DNA of 64,000 nt, taken from positions 25,606,001-25,670,000 of the forward strand of contig NC_043017.1 in NCBI RefSeq assembly GCF_006345805.1. Reading direction: 5' to 3'. The DNA comes from Octopus sinensis (lineage: Eukaryota). The notes under the pieces are model-generated. The model ran no database searches. It had not been told where the DNA came from and worked only from the letters and a program-made list of their open reading frames with translations. This document shows, piece by piece, positions 57,331-64,000 of the stretch (the stretch's first letter is position 1; each line of letters opens with the position of its first letter). A program made the position numbers and the translations under genes.

Positions 57331-58008
57331 ATAGTGGTCTAGGTCTCTTTTTTTAGTGTTCCTTTCATCAGCCAATACCACATATTTTTGCAGTAACTTT
57401 TGTCGTGGCTATATTATATTATATTATATTATAGTGGATTATCTCGGTTATGAAAAATTCAAGATGGTACTCCAGCATGGCCACAGTGTAATGCTTGAAT
57501 CAAGGAAAAGATAGAAGATATTTCATTGCAGCTCCTATTTTTGGCGCTGTTGTTGATGATGTCGTATGTGCCGATATATTAATAATGAACAATAGTATAA
57601 AAGCAATAACAGGCAATCGACATCTATTATCATTATTGGCGTTATTTTTAAAGACATTATTTGGCTTCTATTATACGACGTATTACTATAAAATCAACAA
57701 TAATTAAAAATAATTGTAATTAATTTTGCTGTAAGTTAATTGTTAAATGTGTCATTTTTATTATAGCTTAGTTATTAATATCCAAAATTATTATTAGCAA
57801 TATTGTTGCTGTTACTGTTGCCGTTGTTGTTAGTATCATTACTGATATTAAAATTCTGTTTTAATTAACACACTTTTTCTCTAAAAAAAAATTCAGAATT
57901 TTTTAAAAAGCGCATTGCAAAATGAAAGCAAAATGTCGAAGTCAACATGGTAATGGATTATGCGTGGGTTTTCTCTGTAATGTCTATTCATAGACGTAAT
58001 AGGTCTTG

Positions 58009-58477
58009 GCGTGGCAGTGCGGTTAAGAATCTCGCTTTGCAATCATGTGGTTTCGGATTTCTGGTTCAGTCCTGCGATGAGGCACCTGCGGTAAATGTCT
58101 TCTGTATTATAGCCCCAGGCTGACAAATGACTAGCCCCGGTTTAGGTTACTAATGACCTAAACTCTTCCTCGGTGCATATATATATAAGGCGGTGAGCTG
58201 GCAGAAGCGTTAACACACCGGGCGAAATGCGTGGCCGTATTTCGTCTGCCGTTACGTTCTGAGTTCAAATTCCGCCGAGGTCGACTTTGCCTTTCATACT
58301 TTCGGAGTCGATTAAATAAGTACCAGTTACGCACTGGGGTCGATATAATCGACTTAACCCGTTTGTCTGTCCTTGTTTGTCCCCTCTGTGTTTAGCCCTT
58401 TGTGGGTAGTAAAGAAATAGGTACATATATATATATGTGTGTGTGTGTGCGTGTGTGTGTGTGTATTGTTTTGTGTT

Positions 58478-58510
<33 letters not shown>

Positions 58511-59180
58511 TGTTTTGTGTTTGTGTGTTTGTGTTTGTGTGTTTGTGTTTGTGTGTGTGTGTGTGTGTGTATTGTTTTGTGTGTTTGTGTCACCACCGTA
58601 TTGGGAAGCACTCCGTCGGTTACGACGATGAGGGTTCCGGTTGATCCGAATCAACGGAACAGCCTGCTCGTGAAATTAACGTGTAAGTGGCTGAGCACTC
58701 CACAGACACGTGTACCCTTAACGTAGTTCTCGGGGATATTCAGCGTGACAAAGAGAGTGACAAGGCCGGCCCCTTGAAGTACAGGTACAACAGAAACAGG
58801 AAGTAAGAGTGAGAGAAAGTTGTGGTGAAAGAGTACAGCAAGGATCACCATCATCCCCTGCCGGAGCCTCGTGGAGCTTTTAGGTGTTTTCGCTCAATAA
58901 ACACTCACAACGCCCGGTCTGGGAATCGAAACCGCGATCCTATGACCGCGAGTCCGCTGCCCTAACCACGGGGCCATTGCGCCTCCACCAACACCGTATT
59001 ACAACTGGTCTTAGTGCCCTTACGTCACTGCAACTTAGCAGTCGGACAAAAGATATATATCTGATAATTAACAGTCTTACAAATATAATAACTAGTGTCG
59101 ATTCCTTCGACTAAACATTTCAAGATGCTGCTGTACTCCAGTATGGCCGCAGTCCAATGACAGGAAACAAGGAAAAGATT
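58009..59180 (+). mobile_element. Old SINE A-like copy with nested SINE B (+, 58188-58401) and SINE C (-, 58603-58988)
   Basis: B TSD ggt(g/a)catatatatata. C TSD ca(c/a)caccgtatt (58591-58602 and 58989-59000). The A-type tail resumes after 59000. Confidence 0.82.
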
Positions 59181-59439
59181 GAAAAAAATAATAAAACGGT
59201 GTTAAGTGAAAAAAGTTAGCTTCCCATGGTTCAAGTTATGTAATTGAAGTTATATTAGCAATATCGGTGCCAAAGTGATATATGAATACAGTGTAATATT
59301 CGTGTGAAATTCCTGTGTAGAATTGGTTGTATGTATGTCTTTGACAAGAAAATTATTAGTTTAAACAGTAGGTGTTTCTCACTTTTGTCGTGATATTCAA
59401 GATAATCCACAATGATATCGCATAATATATTGCCTAACA

Positions 59440-59998
59440 TATCACCTTAATATATTACCTTAACATATTATCTTTCTACTTCAGGTGTCCGTGCTTGATA
59501 TGATAAACTTCAGCCCGACTGACAACAGTTAACAACCGCGGAAAGGAGCATCCGTGTGGTCATACGGTGTGCTAGAAATAATAACCAAATGTTCCATTAA
59601 TCACACGCGATCGTCTCTGGGAAAAGAAGTTTATCGATATCAATGCTTGATGCGCCAAACTTAAACTTGACACTGAATAACCCTCGGTCGTGGACGTGGA
59701 AAGGAGTCAGCCTTAATGCGGTAGTATGGCTTGCTAGAAATAGCAGTCAATTCTTCTTTAAATCGTACTTGATAATCTATTCATGACGAAAGTCGACTTG
59801 CGTAATATGGATGCGGGAATACAATTAATAGAAGAGTAAACGTTATGAAAGAATATAATTTGATAAAAAATACGACCTCACTTGGAATGGTTTTTATTCC
59901 AAGTTTAATCAAAGAGCCACATCAATCTTAATCACTGACCAGAAAAATGCATCGAGTGTGAAATTTAGTCAACTGAAGCTCTAAGAAGGCAAGACGCC

Positions 59999-60086
<88 letters not shown>

Positions 60087-60130
60087 CTCTCTTTCTTTCT
60101 CTCTCTATTTAGCTTTCTCTCCCTATTTCG

Positions 60131-60166
<36 letters not shown>

Positions 60167-61085
60167 TTCGCGTTCCCTCTCTCTCTCTGTCTCTGTCTCT
60201 CTCTCTCCCTATTTCGCTTTCTCTCTCTCTCTCTCTCTATTTCACTTTCTCTCTCTCTATTTCGCGTTCTCTCTCTCTCTGTCTCTGTCTCTCTATTTCA
60301 CTTTCTCTCTCTGTCTCTCTCTCTCTCTCTATTTCGCTTTCTATCTCTCTATTTCGCTTTCTATCTCTCTCTATTTCACTTTCTCTCTCTGTCTCTCTCT
60401 CTCTATTTCGCTTTCTATCTCTCTATTTCGCTTTCTATCTCTCTCTATTTCACTTTCTCTCTCTGTCTCTCTCTCTCTACTTCGCTTTCTATCTCTCTAT
60501 TTCGCTTTCTATCTCTCTCTATTTCACTTTCTCTCTCGCTCTCTCTCTATCTCTTTCTTTCACTTTCTCTCTCTGTCGCTATCTCTCTCTCTCTCGTCTG
60601 GCCCCAATTTCCCCCCCCCCAACCTTCAAGAAGGCTTCCTCTCACTGTTTCACGTCCACACTGTCAGCCCCTTTTTATTCAGCTCCCGTTTTGTTGATAG
60701 CTTACTGTTCCCTCAAAGTCAAAATACGTTGAAGAGTATCTTCACACTTCGGAATAATTCAACAAAAGGTGCAGCTTCAAAACAACTGTCAACCTTTTTC
60801 TTGAAAACTCACAAGCATTCATGCACGTGCACATGTGTGCGTGTTTCTGTCTGTTTGTCTGTCTATCTGTTTGTCTGTGTGTCTGTCTATCTGTCTGAGA
60901 TATCACTTTAATATATCACCTTAACATATCATCTTTCTATTTCAGGTATCGCCTAGTTATCAGTTTCCGTACGTGATGTGATAAACTTCCGCCCGACAGA
61001 CAACAGCTAACAACCACAGGAAGGAGGTCACACGATGTACTAGAAATATTAACCAAATTTTCCTTAAATCACACCTGATCAGCTT
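59440..61085. repeat. ~170-bp direct repeats (59440-59612 and 60900-61082) flanking a ~600-bp (CT)n tract (60002-60595)
   Basis: Both copies share ccttaacatat.atctttcta.ttcaggt...gataaactt..gcccgac.gacaacag.taacaacc. Confidence 0.8.
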
Positions 61086-61224
61086 TAAAAGTGTGTATTC
61101 ATCTCTGTGTGTGGATATACGCCTATATCTATGTTCATTGCTTTTTTTGAGTATGTGACCCCGTCTGTATCACTAGCGATTTTTTCCCCCTGTCTTCCCT
61201 TCTCGAGATCTTTCCTTCTCCTAT

Positions 61225-61259
61225 GTTTCCGACGAAGAGCTCCGCTCGAAACGTCAAAC
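61225..61259 (+). ncRNA. Minimal type I hammerhead motif (U4C) in a Penelope-like terminal repeat
   Basis: guuu-CCGACGA-a-gagc-ucc-gcuc-GAAA-cg-UC-aaac. Palindromic stem III, GUC triplet. Confidence 0.7.
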
Positions 61260-61461
61260 CCTCCTTCTTCCCTTCTTTCCTGAGCGTCCAATAATACTTT
61301 ATTTGTTCCACGTCCTTGCGTTGTTGTATTTTTGTTTTTGTTTTCTTGTTTGGATTAACTTTATATATATATATATTTCGGCATATTTGGCATAAGAAAT
61401 CTTTTCGTTTGCCCTTATTTATAAGTTATATATATATATATATATATGTGTGTGGTGTTGT

Positions 61462-61512
<51 letters not shown>

Positions 61513-61818
61513 CGGTGAGAAAATCAATAAACCAATATTTTGGAACGGAGTTCGATGTCATTTTTGTTGTGCCTCTCTTTTCACTTTCAGTTTAGTTTAG
61601 CAATTGTAGTAAGCCCACAAGTTGCCTACCGTTAAGTATGTATCCAACGATCCAACAACGTTATTTTCTATAAGGTTTTGCTTAATGGTTTAGTACGAAG
61701 GGTTCGCCGTTACCTCCCAGCCTTCACATAGGCTTAATCAATGAACGATGATCTCGGGTTTAAACAACGATGACATCAACAACAACAACATACATAATAC
61801 GAGGCGAGCATATATAAT

Positions 61819-62236
61819 AGGCGGCGAGCTGGCAGAACCGTTAGCACGCCGGGCGAAATGCTTAGCGGTATTTCGTCTGCCGTTACGTTCTGAGTTCAAA
61901 TTCCGCCGAGGTCGACTTTGCCTTTCATCCTTTCGGGGTCGATAAATTAAGTACCAGTTGAACTCTGGGGTCGATGTAATCGACTTAATCCGTTTGTCTG
62001 TCCTTGTTCGTTCCCTCTATGTTTAGCCCCTTGTGGGTAGTAAAGAAATAGAAATAGGTATTTCGTCTGCCGTTACGTTCTGAGTTCAAATTCCGCCGAG
62101 GTCGACTTTGCCTTTCATCCTTTCGGGGTCGATAAATAAAGTACCAGTTTCGTACTGGGTCGATGTAATCGACTTAATCCCTTTTTCTGTCCTCGTTTGT
62201 CCCCTCTATGTTTAGCCCCTTGTGGGTAGTAAAGAA
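61819..62236 (+). mobile_element. SINE B dimer (one head, two bodies)
   Basis: Junction gaaatag|gtatttcgtctgccg at ~62057, as in the 22.6-kb array. Confidence 0.9.
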
Positions 62237-64000
62237 CTACATATATAATACGAGGATTTACTGTTTGTCGCTGTCTGAAGCAAAATAATAAACAACTGTT
62301 TTTAAACTTCGATAAACTTAGAACTGCTTCGGGCAAAATTTGGACCAGGCAATGTCTAATTATTAGCATCACCAGTTAGGTTAAGTTATTTTAAGTCAAG
62401 TTTCGTGGTATCATGGCCTATTGAAATGGAAGTTGTTAAGTGAGATGTATTCGGATATAGATGTGTCTATGTGCCTATGTGTGTGTATGAGTGCGTATGT
62501 GTGTATAAGTATGTGTGTGTGAGCGCTTGTGTGTTTGTGTGTGTGTGTGCATGTGTGTTAGTGTGTATGTCTTTGCCTGCGCCTATCCCCCAACACCGCT
62601 TGACAACCAATGCTGGTATGTTTTCTTGTCCTCGTAACCTAGCTGTTCACTAAAACTCGACGATAGAATAACTCCCAGACTTTAAAAACAAAGAAGATAA
62701 GACAGAGAAAAAAGATAGCTATGGATGACAAAAAGTTTGGCTTGTTTGGTATATCTTGAAGAAATTTGTTGTGGTGTCGTTTGAAGGTGATGAGTTCTTG
62801 TTCTTCTTATAGACGATGCTTCATATTTATCAATGATTTATCTGTAATCTAAAGCGAGAAGTTCATGTCAGTTGCTTCAAGCCAAATAGATGATCTGTTA
62901 CTAAAATAAAAGAAAGATTGGGTGTAGTTAATTATAACGACTACTGTACATTCCAGAAACTCTGAGACGTACAAGCATATAGAAGGAAAGAAAGAACAGA
63001 CTAACAAACAAACAAACAAACAGAGAATAGACCAATACAAGTTGGGGGTAAATTACTCCCTGTGAAGGAAACTAGTATATAAGATGATTTAGCAAAGATA
63101 ATTTAAGGACCAGGCATAGACTTTTACCCGGTTTAAACCATTCGCTGAGTGACATGTTTCTTCACGGGTATCGACTTTGATAGAAAAATTCGGAATGGGC
63201 TTCGGTCCCAGGACAACTCACTTCCCCCACCTGTATTTGTGTCGAAAGCTCCAAAACTAATCTGTTGCTTAATGTGCTAGAATTAGCAGCGAAATATCAC
63301 CTCAAATGATAGCCTTCTGTCTTTAAAAAGAAGGTCGGATGACACTGGATAAGTCATTCCCGTATATATTTGAAAAATACGGGATGATCACGATCGAAAT
63401 ATCTTTGATCACACATCCTACTGATCAGGGTTAATCTGACTCTAAACAATGTGTGAGCCATTATTGCATGTACCTATAGCATCGAATGATGCGTAATTGG
63501 CCACTTCAAAAGCTTCGCTGTTGCCTTATGCTATAAATTTAAATTAGATCCTGAGAACAAGCTTTGATTCCGCTAATGATATTTATGTGTGTTGGACACG
63601 AATACAATACAATGTGAGTGATATATTTGACCTCTCGGGTTATTGTCCTCTCCACTGGCTCTGGAAATTATACGTTAATATAAAGGATTTCGACAACCTT
63701 CCAAACTATAATGAAGCGAATGTCTCCAGTGCATGACAAGGCCTTTCAACATTCATTAAAAAAAAATTAATATATTCAAATTTAGTTTTAAATAACGACT
63801 TTATCAACGCATACGTAACTGCGCTGTTAAGATGGTCGCTTTGCCATTACATAGTTTCGGGTTCAGAACTGCTAGAGGTCCTTCAGACTGAATTTGGTAA
63901 TTTAGTAATGAATGTGTGTATGTGTGTGTCTGTCTGTATCTGTGTTTATTCCCCACCACGGCTTAACGACTGTTACTGGTATGTTTAGGGCCCCGTAACT

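Noticed and set aside
59460-60950. Duplicated splice-acceptor-like sites as mutually exclusive exons
   Set aside because: I found no convincing open frame or donor, and the downstream sequence matches a dispersed repeat (ctagaaata...ccaaat).

Overview
This is AT-rich, repeat-saturated animal genomic DNA, intronic or intergenic in character. The SINE families and microsatellite load point to an Octopus-like cephalopod (inference from remembered repeat sequences, not a database search). I can support no intact protein-coding gene: most long ORFs in the track are microsatellite artefacts, and the rest are fragments of RTE, R4/Dong-like and CR1-like LINEs or Tc1/mariner transposases. The window holds dozens of tRNA-derived SINEs (working names A-E), MITEs, a non-autonomous Helitron, a 100-N gap, and one candidate promoter/first exon near 41.3-42.1 kb. 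The most interesting signals are: (1) about a dozen hammerhead-ribozyme folds from several families, including a tRNA-headed, TSD-flanked SINE carrying one and two fold-back palindromes with one per arm; (2) all four combinations of two SINE heads and two SINE tails; (3) head-to-tail SINE arrays, one type with a fixed recurrent junction linked to a GGT target preference; (4) a mariner derivative filled with templated copies of nearby DNA.
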